From positions 1,041 to 65,040 of the forward strand of contig CAITZA010000221.1 in the NCBI GenBank assembly GCA_903896745.1: DNA of 64,000 bases, read 5' to 3'. Position 1 is the stretch's first letter. Every line of letters begins with the position of its first letter. The translations under genes and the position numbers were made by a program. Shown here one piece after another: positions 1 to 9,668 of this stretch. The notes under the pieces are model-generated. The model did no database searches and had not been told where the DNA came from. It saw only the letters and a list, made by a program, of their open reading frames with translations. Origin of the DNA: an uncultured Desulfomonile sp. (GTDB lineage: Bacteria; Desulfobacterota; Desulfomonilia; Desulfomonilales; Desulfomonilaceae).

Positions 1-1
1 A

Positions 2-2419
2 TCTGCCGAGCTTTTCCAGGACTTTTGCCTTGTCTGTCATCAAGGCGGCTGATGACTTGTCGAAATAATTCAGAGACTCATTGAATCTTTGAGCCTTTGA
101 ATACAGTTTTGCCAGGTTGTAAAAGGCTTTGGACTCACTGGAAATATCTCCGGTCGAGCGCGCTAACCAAAGGGTTCTAAAATTATCCAGACTCGGTTCG
201 ACATCCAGCCCTATTTTGCCCGCCAGGGATCTTGATTTGGATTCCAGAATTTTTTCTGATTCCTTACTCTTCGAGGTTGATGCTGACAATGCTCGCGTGT
301 AATCTTCCAGAGCGTCTGCGAGATTACCGAGCCGTTCATTGATCAGTCCCCGTTGATTGAATGTAACATCTTCATTTTGCCTGAAGTCTATTTTTTCCCT
401 GAAAGCCAGAGCTATGCTTAAAGAGCTTAAAGCCTTTTCAAATTGGTCGTTTCGTGAGTATTTTTCAGCCAGCTTTTCGAGAACAACTGTCATTTGTTTT
501 TCGTCGCCGGATTTTCTCAGTTTTCGTAATTCGGCCAGATCGTTGTCTATCGATTTCTGGGAAACTCTCTTGTTGGTTTCCGGGAAGCTTTTCTTACTTG
601 ATTTATCTTCTTTCCTGGACGCGTCGGTATCTTTGGTTATTACTGCGGCTAAAGCTTCTACTCCCGTCACTTCTTTTGGTGTTTGCGTCAATTGTGGGTA
701 TTGATTGGACTGAGGGTCGGTTTTGCTGTAATTGGCTGAGACCTGGCGGGTATTTTCCGGCAGGAGTTGGTCATGCGCGAGTTTTGATTCAACATTCTTG
801 ACCCTGGCCGATACGTTTTTGTCGCCAGAAACATCGGTCGATGCTCTTGAAGATTGATTTGAAGGCCCTTTTGATCCCCACAAAACGGGACCTCGCCCTA
901 TTGCATCAAATTTATCCATAGAATCTGAAGCCCTTGATTGCATTGGGGTCTTGACCGGACCTGGCGGTTGAAAAGTTTCCTGAGACGCTTTTTGATTGGA
1001 TGAAGAGTGATCCGGCTGCTTTTCGGATTTGAGGGAGACTACTGGTGAAGCGGGTTTGTCCGAATTTCTCTGAGCCTGCTCACCGGCGGCTGTCTGGTTC
1101 ATTATTTGCTTGCTGGTATTATTGGAAACTGACGAAGTGGCGTTGGAATTGGGCTCACCTATCCTGCGTCCAGCAAGGACTGCTTCCTGAGACGCGCGGG
1201 AATAGAACGAAGACGCCTGATCAGCCAAACCCGACACTTTCTTGATGTTGCCCAGTTCAATCAGAGTGATCGACATTTCATCATGAGCCTTCAGGCTGTT
1301 AAATATCCTCAACGCCTGTTCGCAGTTGTCAGAGGCCCTAGACCCTTCGCCAATTGAATTGTAAAGTCTGCAGATGTGTAACTGACACCAGGCTACAGCA
1401 AGCGCATTACGGTTTCTTTTTTCAAGCTGTCTGGCGTCCTCGAACCTTACCAGAGCCTTATGGGGATCAGATTTCTCTATAAACTCCAGCCCCTGTTTGA
1501 AAATTTCAGCCGCAGGATTTGAAAAGGAACGCAGAGCAGCTTCCTGGTTAACTTTTTCTATTTCCTGGATATTTTCAATAACAGGAGCTACGGCGAGCGG
1601 CTTTGCCAATTCCTGCCCCTGCTTGACATCAACAGATGGAGAGGCCAGGACTATTTCCCTTTTAGACGCTGATTGGGTTTGCTGGGATTTTTTCGTATGA
1701 TCAGACTGTCTTGATGAAAGGTTTTCAGGCAATTTCTTCTGGTCAACGGTTTCTGATGTGGTAGGGGTTGAATTAGAAAGAAATTTTTCTAGATTCGCTA
1801 TTTTTTTTTCGAGTTGTGAGATAATATCTGGTTCCCTGATTAGACCCATGGCAACCTGAAACATTTTTAGAGCTTTTTCCCGGTCACCAATCTGTTCGAG
1901 CGATTCCCCCATGAACAGGAATGAGCGATAATCCAGGGGCCTGTAAGAAACAGCGACATCGAAATCCTTGATGGCTGATCGGTGATCGCCTTTACCCGCC
2001 CTTGCTATGCCCATATTCGTGTATATCTTGCCTTCTATTCCCCCAAATTTCAGAGCTTCATTAAAATCTCTCAAGGCTTCATCATATTTACCCTGCTGAA
2101 GATAAACAACTCCCCGGTTGTTAAATGCGTTCGTGTAGTCAGGCTTGAGCTCCAATGCCTTGCTGTAATCCGTCAGAGCCCCTTCAAGGTTTCCCAAACG
2201 CTTGTAAGCCACCCCTCTGTCATTATAAAAACGGTAATCATTCGGATTGAGCTCGATGGCCCTCGAAAACATCTGGACAGCCTCTTGCAGATTACCCGTT
2301 TTCATCGCCAGCAAGCCCGAATTGTAATGGTCGGGATTAGCTCCCAGAGAGTCATGCCCACCCACAAAAACAGCGCCTGCCATGACCATAAAAGCAATGA
2401 AACCTCTTAAGAGTCTCAT
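2..2419 (-). CDS. TPR-repeat protein with N-terminal signal peptide. The N-terminus is in the window and the C-terminus runs off the left edge (partial).
   Basis: This ORF is absent from the supplied track, presumably because it is edge-truncated. The reverse complement from the ATG at 2419 reads MRLLRGFIAFMVMAGAVFVGGHDS. Tandem 34-aa TPR-like units follow (AVQMFSRAIELNPNDYRFYNDRGVAYKRLGNLEGALTDYSKALELKPDYTNAFNNRGVVYLQQGKYDEALRDFNEAL). I hand-translated the frame at about 1000-1260 and it is open and S/P/Q/N-rich. No other minus-strand ORF is listed in 1-2538, and the plus-strand ORFs there look like antisense shadows. Confidence 0.75.
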   Translation of the reverse strand, partial: MRLLRGFIAFMVMAGAVFVGGHDSLGANPDHYNSGLLAMKTGNLQEAVQMFSRAIELNPNDYRFYNDRGVAYKRLGNLEGALTDYSKALELKPDYTNAFNNRGVVYLQQGKYDEALRDFNEALKFGGIEGKIYTNMGIARAGKGDHRSAIKDFDVAVSYRPLDYRSFLFMGESLEQIGDREKALKMFQVAMGLIREPDIISQLEKKIANLEKFLSNSTPTTSETVDQKKLPENLSSRQSDHTKKSQQTQSASKREIVLASPSVDVKQGQELAKPLAVAPVIENIQEIEKVNQEAALRSFSNPAAEIFKQGLEFIEKSDPHKALVRFEDARQLEKRNRNALAVAWCQLHICRLYNSIGEGSRASDNCEQALRIFNSLKAHDEMSITLIELGNIKKVSGLADQASSFYSRASQEAVLAGRRIGEPNSNATSSVSNNTSKQIMNQTAAGEQAQRNSDKPASPVVSLKSEKQPDHSSSNQKASQETFQPPGPVKTPMQSRASDSMDKFDAIGRGPVLWGSKGPSNQSSRASTDVSGDKNVSARVKNVESKLAHDQLLPENTRQVSANYSKTDPQSNQYPQLTQTPKEVTGVEALAAVITKDTDASRKEDKSSKKSFPETNKRVSQKSIDNDLAELRKLRKSGDEKQMTVVLEKLAEKYSRNDQFEKALSSLSIALAFREKIDFRQNEDVTFNQRGLINERLGNLADALEDYTRALSASTSKSKESEKILESKSRSLAGKIGLDVEPSLDNFRTLWLARSTGDISSESKAFYNLAKLYSKAQRFNESLNYFDKSSAALMTDKAKVLEKLGR

Positions 2420-2538
2420 CAACAATGCCTCACAGGAAGAAATTTTCTACTAAACATTCCGCCTAGCGCGAGTTTCAGGGAAAATGACGCTGCACTAGTG
2501 GCCCATTAAACAAATATTTCAGACTATTGCCTGCAAAG

Positions 2539-2808
2539 CTATTCGTTTTTGCTATCAACAAGTCCGAACTGGCCTAGAATATCTTTTACAAAAAATGCTA
2601 TTTCATCAATCACGGCGGGTACACGATCGACAAACGAGACCTGTTTCAGAGCGCCATAGACGTTCTTGCCACCGTTTTCCTCAACTTTGTTTGCCGCATC
2701 CGGAGCGCCTGAGGCGTCGTACTTTTCGACCCCTACGGCTAACGCCAATCCGGAAGCAATGAGCAAAATCAAAACGCCCATCGTTAGAGTCCTAATGACT
2801 GATCTCAT
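2539..2808 (-). CDS. Small hypothetical secreted or membrane-anchored protein (89 aa)
   Basis: It has an N-terminal hydrophobic segment (MGVLILLIASGLALAVG). I recognise no domain. Confidence 0.45.
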   Translation of the reverse strand: MRSVIRTLTMGVLILLIASGLALAVGVEKYDASGAPDAANKVEENGGKNVYGALKQVSFVDRVPAVIDEIAFFVKDILGQFGLVDSKNE

Positions 2809-3027
2809 CCTAATCCTCCATTGGTTGTAACCAAACTATCTGACCCTATATTAATATTATATCATAAGTCTTTGAAAAAGGATAGTGTTATGGTGTGCGA
2901 ATAAGTGAGCTTGAATTGTTGTTAATTATCGACCTGTTTGGCTGGTTTTCAAACTGTTCCCAAGAATTGGATGGAATCGCTTCGAATATTTGGTTGAGTC
3001 GGCAAACAGGGATTTTGGGAGACCGAT

Positions 3028-3066
3028 CAGGCGCAGGATAAATCATGATGTCTATCGCTGCGCCTG
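3028..3066 (-). terminator. Hairpin immediately 3' of the catabolic operon (possible terminator)
   Basis: A 9-bp inverted repeat CAGGCGCAG (3028-3036) / CTGCGCCTG (3058-3066) lies just downstream of the stop at 3074. There is no clean U-tract on the minus strand. Confidence 0.3.
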
Positions 3067-3073
3067 GTTTGTA

Positions 3074-3652
3074 TTATCTTAATCCGTCTTCTTTTTTTGC
3101 TTCCTCTTTTTTCAAGCCACCTACTCTGGGCAAAGGACGTCCGGAATCTGTAACAACCAATGCAACAACTATCTCATCACCTTTGGGAGCGTCCTGAACC
3201 CTAACCGGCATTGCATCAAAATGAGACCTGACAAAAGCAGCGTCCTTGAAATGAATAGGGACATCTATCTCAGTTCCTGGAGTTCCCATTTTCTTGGAAG
3301 ACGGGATTATGGCCTTGCCTCCTGCCAGGGCTTTTCTAAAGGGAGTCCCCAGCTTTGGATGAAGAATTGCGGCGGCATGTTCAAGTTCGCCCATTGATCC
3401 GACAATCGCGGCCTTTCCGTAACTTTCAGCGTTTTCAGGTTTGATGTTCAGAGCCTTGACGGCCCTGTCGGCCAAGAGTTCTCCAAGCTTTTCACCAATA
3501 TCCGTCAGTTCTTCCAGGTTTGCCTGGTATACTCCTGCAAATGGATTTTTTATGACGGCCAAAGCAGCGGCTCTCCTGGTTGGTGGATCAACCTGCATTC
3601 CCATTTCTGTTCTGGTTTCTTCGACTAAGGTCACGATTTTTCTGATATTCAT
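3074..3652 (-). CDS. Amino acid synthesis family protein (DUF1185-like)
   Basis: The ORF is 192 aa. The sequence style (MNIRKIV..EETRTEMG...AAALAVIKNPFAG...YGKAAIVG..GELEHAAAILHP) matches my recollection of the PF06684 family. It is the last gene of the operon. Confidence 0.55.
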   Translation of the reverse strand: MNIRKIVTLVEETRTEMGMQVDPPTRRAAALAVIKNPFAGVYQANLEELTDIGEKLGELLADRAVKALNIKPENAESYGKAAIVGSMGELEHAAAILHPKLGTPFRKALAGGKAIIPSSKKMGTPGTEIDVPIHFKDAAFVRSHFDAMPVRVQDAPKGDEIVVALVVTDSGRPLPRVGGLKKEEAKKEDGLR

Positions 3653-3765
3653 AAGTCCGATCTCCTGGGGTTTGAGAATTTGATGAAAATTGCGGCTTCT
3701 CTCAACATGCTGTTAGATTGACGATGAATGCAGAGACTGAAAGCCTCATTTGGAGGCTTGTACGT

Positions 3766-4608
3766 CTACTGTTCAATGTTCACCGGCTCTAAACGGGCCA
3801 TAATCGCCCCACATGTTCCTGAAAGGTGACATACCTGTAGAAAAGCCCCAAAAATAAAACCTTTTTCGGTCAACTGCCCGGCTCTAGTCAATCCGTTCGA
3901 AATTGCTTCCCGGATTTCCTGTTCATTCAGTTTTCCGACACGTAGCGTTACTTCGATATTTTTTATGTCGCTATCGGGATCCAGATGTTTAGCCTTTATC
4001 TTTCGAATCTTTGGGCTATCAATTGCGGCATGGTTCGCTATCTCCGTAGCTGCGGCATCGGCTAGAGAGCATCTGGAAGCGAAAACCACTGCCGCTGAGG
4101 CTATGCCCCGAGTAAAACTTCTTCCTCCCAACCCGCTTGTGCAAATACCTCCGACATTGTCGTCCCTGTAAATTTGCAGCTTGCTGGTGACTGTTCTGGA
4201 ATTTATATCAGAGCGTATCCCGATTGATATCGAACCTGGGTCTGAAAGTCTCACCGCTATATCTCCACCATTATTAACTATGACCCTGGTGGCCCCCAGG
4301 GTTGCCAGATAATCTGCGGTAGCATCGGCGATCGATCCTGCAACTGCGGCCATTGGAGTCAAATCTGTAGATTCAATCAGTCGGCACGCCTTCCACATTT
4401 CCCTAACCACCGGCAGGTCTGGTTCGCGATAAATAAGGGCTGACGGCCTGTTCAATTCATTTCTGGCCGTAGCCACCTCTGTAAGGAAGTCAACTGATTT
4501 CCTAGCGGCCTCCTGTTCAATCCCCGGATGGCGTTCTCCGTTAACTGACGCATCAATAAACATTCTCATCGGGCCACATTCCACCAGGACTGTCTCATCA
4601 CCAAGCAC
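3766..4608 (-). CDS. UPF0280 family protein (ApbE-like fold)
   Basis: The ORF is 280 aa with a GTG start. The family assignment comes from recalled UPF0280 sequence character (ECGPMRM..., AAVAGSIAD, NNGGDIA, CTSGLGGRSFTRGIA). Confidence 0.55.
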   Translation of the reverse strand: MLGDETVLVECGPMRMFIDASVNGERHPGIEQEAARKSVDFLTEVATARNELNRPSALIYREPDLPVVREMWKACRLIESTDLTPMAAVAGSIADATADYLATLGATRVIVNNGGDIAVRLSDPGSISIGIRSDINSRTVTSKLQIYRDDNVGGICTSGLGGRSFTRGIASAAVVFASRCSLADAAATEIANHAAIDSPKIRKIKAKHLDPDSDIKNIEVTLRVGKLNEQEIREAISNGLTRAGQLTEKGFIFGAFLQVCHLSGTCGAIMARLEPVNIEQ

Positions 4609-4638
4609 AGCTATATCCGGTTTCCAGTATTCCAGCTC

Positions 4639-6159
4639 TCAGACCTTTCTCAAAAAAGGTTTTATCGCTTCTTCGTGACCACCCATTTCCAGATAATTTT
4701 TTAGAGTCATAGTGTATTCTATGGGACACACGGTCGCAGGAGTGGGAACCCAAGTGAACGCCCCATGCATGATCTTTTCCACATCCACCATGAAATTGAT
4801 TCCGCCACCGGGAAGAACGAATGCCGGAGCTCCACCTATGGTAAGTCTGACTTCCTTTCTATGAACAGCTCGAGTGAGTTTTATTGGATAACGGGTCACC
4901 CCGGCTCTAGCGCTTCCCCCGGAACCTCCACAATAAATTCCTGAAACCCTGGATTCCTCACAACTGTCTGACAATTCCCTTATGGCATCTAAAGCCGACT
5001 GTGTCATTCCTTTTTCAACAAGCTGTCCGTCATCTCCGACTTCAAACATGGAAGCCTTTCTTCCGGTTGTTTCCGTAATAAGAATTTTCAAGCCTGGCCT
5101 GGCTATTTTCATGTCGATTGCAGAAATGATGTCTTGCGGTCGTCTGATTGAAGTCCCACCCCATCCATCTCCGTGATCTCCAAAATAACGACCCGGGGTG
5201 CTTTTACGAAATTTCAGACTGACACCCGATGGTTTGGCCCCAACATATTGTCCCGCCGCATGTTCGCTAAAAAGACCTGTCAAGTGAGAATCAAGAATTA
5301 TTGTTTCGTCGGCCACGTCTTTGAAAATGTGAGCAAACAGTCCGAGCGTGGCGCTACCACATCCAACCCGCATGACGCCATCGACCTGTCCGTTAATTAT
5401 CGGGGCGCTCCCGATCTGAGCCGTTATTTCACTTCCTTTTTCAATACGAAGTTTAGCGCTCTGACGATTAGCCAAGTCAGTAATAAGCTTGGCGATTGTC
5501 ATTCCATTGGAGCCTGTTAGAAGGTTTACTCCACCTAATGACAGAATCTTTGAACCATATTCCTCGGTGGTGAGATGACCTACCCGTTTTTTCTTGAAAA
5601 AAATTCCCGCTCCCTCGGCGCCTATAGACAAATCCGTATCGATTTTGAGCTTGAGTCCGGAGTAACTCAGAGGGGCTTCTGTGACAACAGTGACCACATC
5701 TACCCCTTCAACCCTTGATTGAACGATATTCGGGGCTGGTTTACAGTCGGGATATGTTGTTCCGGCGCCTATGGCGGTGATCAGCGGTCGCCTGATGGCT
5801 GGGGCCCAGTCGGGACCTACTATGGATTCAACATCATCGAAGGTTTTAAGCGGTGTGACCCGTTCGAGTTTTGCGGAAACGTTTCGGTATCGTTGACATG
5901 CCCCCAGGAAACCTTCCTTGATTTTACAACGCACCGGACAGGATTCACAGGTTACAAACGAATAGGCAGGATTTTCTTCAGGACATAGGGCAGATTCGCT
6001 GCAAACCCTGAAACAGGCCCCACAATCACAGCAGGAATCCCAGATGGTAGCCTTTCGTTTCTTGATCGTTATGCTGCCATGGGGACACACGCTGACACAG
6101 TGACCACAACCTTTACATTTCTCCACAAGAACTTTCATGCGAAATAAATCTTTCCTCAA
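4639..6159 (-). CDS. 6-hydroxynicotinate reductase-like iron-sulfur (flavo)protein
   Basis: The ORF is 506 aa. It has two ferredoxin-type motifs (CKGCGHCVSVCP and CCDCGACFRVC) plus a third Cys cluster (CESCPVRCK...C). It is directly adjacent to the enamidase-like gene. The start may be the internal MKVLVEKC. Confidence 0.6.
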   Translation of the reverse strand: MRKDLFRMKVLVEKCKGCGHCVSVCPHGSITIKKRKATIWDSCCDCGACFRVCSESALCPEENPAYSFVTCESCPVRCKIKEGFLGACQRYRNVSAKLERVTPLKTFDDVESIVGPDWAPAIRRPLITAIGAGTTYPDCKPAPNIVQSRVEGVDVVTVVTEAPLSYSGLKLKIDTDLSIGAEGAGIFFKKKRVGHLTTEEYGSKILSLGGVNLLTGSNGMTIAKLITDLANRQSAKLRIEKGSEITAQIGSAPIINGQVDGVMRVGCGSATLGLFAHIFKDVADETIILDSHLTGLFSEHAAGQYVGAKPSGVSLKFRKSTPGRYFGDHGDGWGGTSIRRPQDIISAIDMKIARPGLKILITETTGRKASMFEVGDDGQLVEKGMTQSALDAIRELSDSCEESRVSGIYCGGSGGSARAGVTRYPIKLTRAVHRKEVRLTIGGAPAFVLPGGGINFMVDVEKIMHGAFTWVPTPATVCPIEYTMTLKNYLEMGGHEEAIKPFLRKV

Positions 6160-6170
6160 CCCAAAATATG

Positions 6171-7334
6171 TTAGGCCAATATCTTTGCTTTTCGAGACGC
6201 AGGAGGCGTGTTACGGCTTACATTTACCCTGATTTCCCCGTCTATGATGACCATGGAAACCCCGGGAACATCCCCCGCCTTTATGGCATCCAGAGCTGTT
6301 TTCCCCACTGATCCCATTGGTGAATCCATTATGGTTAAATCCGCGGGACAACCCTCTCGGATAAATCCGCAATCCAGATTAAATACCTTGGCGGTATTTC
6401 CGGTGGCCATGCATATAGCCTTTTCAGGCTCGAGTGATGTCAGTGAAGACGCAGCGCATATTACCCTGAGGATTCCCAACGGTATGATTCCCGTTCCTGA
6501 TGGAGCGTCATTTCCGATGATAAAACGTTCCAGAACGTCATGCTCAATGCCCAGGTTCACCGCATCAACCATTGTCTTAATGTTTCCGCAATGCACAAGT
6601 TCCAGCGCATACCGTGTTTGCTTAATCAATTTTTCTATCTCTTCCACTGATACGGAAGTTGGCCCTCCATTCACATGGCACGCCACATCAGGATCGACAG
6701 ACATCACCTGATCCGCTGTCACTGTGTCGCTACCGGGTATAGACGTGCCGCCAGTATGCATGAGGACTGTCATTCCGTTTTTTCTGGCCCACTTAACCAT
6801 TGGAACCGCGTCTTGCGCAAATTTTACAGACCCCAAACCTATCTCACCCACAACCCTAACTCCTTCACGACCCATTTCATCGAAATCGGCTTCCGTTAAA
6901 CCTTTCTCGAGTATTACTGCGCCGCCAATTACCTTTGCGCCTCCGGGCCTGAAATTTGAAAAAGCCTTTGCCGCAAGTATCGCAAGCGCTTTTGTGCCCG
7001 CTGGATCCTTTGGCCTTCCCTGCAAGTGAACTTCGCCCGCAGATATTATTGAAGTAACCCCACCGTGAGTTTCACTTTCCAGAAAACCGATCTGATGCTG
7101 ACGGGGTGAATAGTCTCCCAAGACCACATGGCAGTGGGAATCAATCAAACCAGGGGTAACAGTACTCTGCTGCGCGTCTATTGCAAGATCAACCTGTCTT
7201 TCCGCAAAATCTTGAGAAAAGCCAATGGCCGCAATTTTCCCATCTTCAATCAGGATAGCGTCCGCATTCAATATTGGATTGGTTATGTCACCGGATATGA
7301 TTGTTCCGATATTCTTTACAAGTCTGGTAGACAT
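6171..7334 (-). CDS. Enamidase-like amidohydrolase (1,4,5,6-tetrahydro-6-oxonicotinate amidohydrolase-like)
   Basis: The ORF is 387 aa with an HxH metal motif (DSHCHV). The blocks GRPKDPAGTKALAI, GGAVILEKGLTE, MHTGGTSIPGS, VTADQV, NGGPTS, GNDAPSGTGIIPLGILR, CMATGN and SRNTPPA match what I recall of the 386-aa Eubacterium barkeri enamidase. Confidence 0.7.
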   Translation of the reverse strand: MSTRLVKNIGTIISGDITNPILNADAILIEDGKIAAIGFSQDFAERQVDLAIDAQQSTVTPGLIDSHCHVVLGDYSPRQHQIGFLESETHGGVTSIISAGEVHLQGRPKDPAGTKALAILAAKAFSNFRPGGAKVIGGAVILEKGLTEADFDEMGREGVRVVGEIGLGSVKFAQDAVPMVKWARKNGMTVLMHTGGTSIPGSDTVTADQVMSVDPDVACHVNGGPTSVSVEEIEKLIKQTRYALELVHCGNIKTMVDAVNLGIEHDVLERFIIGNDAPSGTGIIPLGILRVICAASSLTSLEPEKAICMATGNTAKVFNLDCGFIREGCPADLTIMDSPMGSVGKTALDAIKAGDVPGVSMVIIDGEIRVNVSRNTPPASRKAKILA

Positions 7335-7391
7335 CGTTTCTCCTTACGCCATATATTATGTTTTTTAATGTTATCTATATATTCTAGCTGG

Positions 7392-9668
7392 TTATGATTC
7401 TCTGGACAGAATGCTTGCCGCCAGAACCCGCTCCAAGCTTGCGGGTAATTTGTAGATCCTTGATCCCAAGGCATCCGAAATGGCATTCAGGATGGCGGGG
7501 GCCGTAGGTATAAGAGCCGGCTCGCCAACGCCCTTGGCGCCAAATGGACCTGAAGGTTCATGATCCTCAACTATTATCGGTATGATTTCAGGCACATCAG
7601 CGCAGGTAGGAATGTGATAGTCTTTTAGAGATTCGGTTTTGCCGGCGATATACTCTTCCATAAGAGCAAAACCCAAACCCATGACCACTCCACCGTATAT
7701 TTGTCCTCGGACATTTTCAGGATTGATTGCTTTTCCAACATCATGAGCGGCCACTATCCTGACAACTTCAACTTCACCCGTGTAAGTATCAACTATAACC
7801 TCCGCCACGTGACTGGCGAAAGCGAAGGTTGCGTAAGGTTTGCCTGCCCCGGTTTGAGGATCCAGTGGGGTAGTATCGGGATCAAAAAAACCCTGCCATT
7901 TTAGCGGAGTTCCTGTTCGAGTCATAATTGAGGCCAACTCTCCGAATGATACCTTGTGATCGTGGTTTCCGTTTTCAAAAGCAAAACCTGCTCTTAATCC
8001 GACCGTATTCCTGGAAGTTTTCAGTTTGTTTGCCGCATGAGTGAGCAATACCTCTTTAAGTTTTCCTGTGGCTTCCAGTACAGCATTACCGGAGATGTAT
8101 GTTTGACGGCTCGCTGATGTAGCTCCCGCTGAGGTGGTTTTGCCGGTGTCAGCTATTACCAGGTTGATCATTCCCGGTTCCAGGTTAAGATCCTGAGCGG
8201 CAATTTGGGCTAAAACGGTTGATGACCCCTGTCCGATATCAGCTGCGCCTGAGAATAATGTTATTGATCCGTCCCTGTTAAGTTCAATTTGTGCGGTAGA
8301 AGGATTCTGGACGCCGGTATTACCTATTCCGTAAAACATGGAGGCTATTCCAACGCCATATTTGTGATGCGACTTCAAGACAGGGGGATTGCTTTTTGCC
8401 TTGTCATGATAAGGTTTAACTGATTCAATGGTTTTTGCAATGCCAACGCTGGCCTGAAGTTGCTGACCGGTGGCTGTGTGGGAACCGACTCGTAATGAGT
8501 TTCGAAGCCTTATTTCAACCGGGCTCATGTTTAAGGCCTGAGCCAGCAAATCCATTTGGGACTCATGGGCAAATGCAATTTGAGGCACTCCAAATCCCCG
8601 CATGGCGCCAGCCATAGGATGGTTTGTATAAGCAAAAGTGGATTCAATATTTACGTTCGGGATTTCATAAGGTCCTGTTGCATGCACCGCTGAGCGAGTT
8701 ACCACGGCCATGCCATACGAAGCGTAAGCGCCTGTATCTCCGACAATCCTGACATCCGCTGCCAAAAGCCTTCCGTCTTTTGACGCCCCGGTCTTGTACC
8801 AAATCCTTAAAGGGTGACGCTTGGATGTACACAGGAAGGCCTCTTCCCTCGTATAAACCATTTTAACAGGTCTCTTGAGATGCCATGCGGCTAATCCGGT
8901 GAATCCCTGAGTGTTTAAATCCAGCTTGGACCCAAAACCTCCACCGGTGGGCGATTGGATAATTCGTACTTTGGTTTCCTCAAGATTCAGTAGGTCACAT
9001 ACATCCTTCAGATCATAATGAGGATTTTGTGTAGAAGCAAAAATGGTAAGCACACCGTTTTCATCAACGAACGCCACTCCGGCGTCAGGTTCTATGTAAC
9101 AGTGTTCTACATGACCGGTTTCATAATATCTTTCGACAACAACGTCAGAAATTCGAAAAGCTTCTTCCGGGTTGCCTTTTCGTACCAGTCTTCGCCCGAG
9201 AAGATTGCCACTTTCATGAATTTTGGGGGCGTCAACCCTCAACGCCTCTTCTGGATTAAAAACAGTCGGTAATTCCTGATATGTTATTTCCACCAAACGA
9301 GCGGCCCGTTGTGCGGCGAGTAGGGTTTCGCCCGCTACAAGCGCTATTGGATCACCTATACAACGGACTTTTTCTTCGGCCAGAAGAAATTGATCCTTGT
9401 TTATGATCCCAAATCTGTTTTTCCCTGGTATATGGCGACTTGTAAACACTCCCAAACAACCTTGGGAATCCAGAGCCTTATCATAATTGACCGATTTAAT
9501 CAAAGCATGATGAGATTGGCTTCTTACCGCTACCAGAAAGGCCATGTCAGGCAATTTTATGTCAGCGCAAAAAATGGCATTCCCTGCGAGCCGTTCCAAG
9601 GTTCCCACTCTAATGACGCTCTGTCCCACAGAATCAACTGGTTTTTCGTTAGAACTCTTCCCGGTCAA
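7392..9668 (-). CDS. Xanthine dehydrogenase-family molybdopterin-binding large subunit (unsplit)
   Basis: Family motifs are present: GGGFGSKLD, AMRGFGVPQ and FGAKGVGEPA (catalytic Glu region). The track ORF starts at 9743, inside the upstream gene. I prefer the TTG at 9668 (LTGKSSNEKP), which gives a 20-nt overlap with the FAD-subunit stop. The start remains uncertain. Confidence 0.85.
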   Translation of the reverse strand: MTGKSSNEKPVDSVGQSVIRVGTLERLAGNAIFCADIKLPDMAFLVAVRSQSHHALIKSVNYDKALDSQGCLGVFTSRHIPGKNRFGIINKDQFLLAEEKVRCIGDPIALVAGETLLAAQRAARLVEITYQELPTVFNPEEALRVDAPKIHESGNLLGRRLVRKGNPEEAFRISDVVVERYYETGHVEHCYIEPDAGVAFVDENGVLTIFASTQNPHYDLKDVCDLLNLEETKVRIIQSPTGGGFGSKLDLNTQGFTGLAAWHLKRPVKMVYTREEAFLCTSKRHPLRIWYKTGASKDGRLLAADVRIVGDTGAYASYGMAVVTRSAVHATGPYEIPNVNIESTFAYTNHPMAGAMRGFGVPQIAFAHESQMDLLAQALNMSPVEIRLRNSLRVGSHTATGQQLQASVGIAKTIESVKPYHDKAKSNPPVLKSHHKYGVGIASMFYGIGNTGVQNPSTAQIELNRDGSITLFSGAADIGQGSSTVLAQIAAQDLNLEPGMINLVIADTGKTTSAGATSASRQTYISGNAVLEATGKLKEVLLTHAANKLKTSRNTVGLRAGFAFENGNHDHKVSFGELASIMTRTGTPLKWQGFFDPDTTPLDPQTGAGKPYATFAFASHVAEVIVDTYTGEVEVVRIVAAHDVGKAINPENVRGQIYGGVVMGLGFALMEEYIAGKTESLKDYHIPTCADVPEIIPIIVEDHEPSGPFGAKGVGEPALIPTAPAILNAISDALGSRIYKLPASLERVLAASILSRES

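Noticed and set aside
357-2410. Plus-strand ORFs of 66-142 aa (357-704, 454-801, 1045-1245, 1497-1700, 1982-2410)
   Set aside because: All lie antisense to the long open TPR reading frame on the minus strand. Their translations are low-complexity or Cys/Phe/Ser-rich shadows with no RBS or domain.
4606-4641. The TGA stop of the Hnr-like gene is in the same reading frame as the UPF0280 ORF, 10 sense codons upstream of its GTG. This raises the possibility of selenocysteine insertion or readthrough fusion.
   Set aside because: Sharing a frame has a 1-in-3 chance. The 40 nt after the UGA form only a weak CUGG-AAA-CCGG stem and nothing resembling a bacterial SECIS hairpin. A GTG start with separate translation is the simpler reading.
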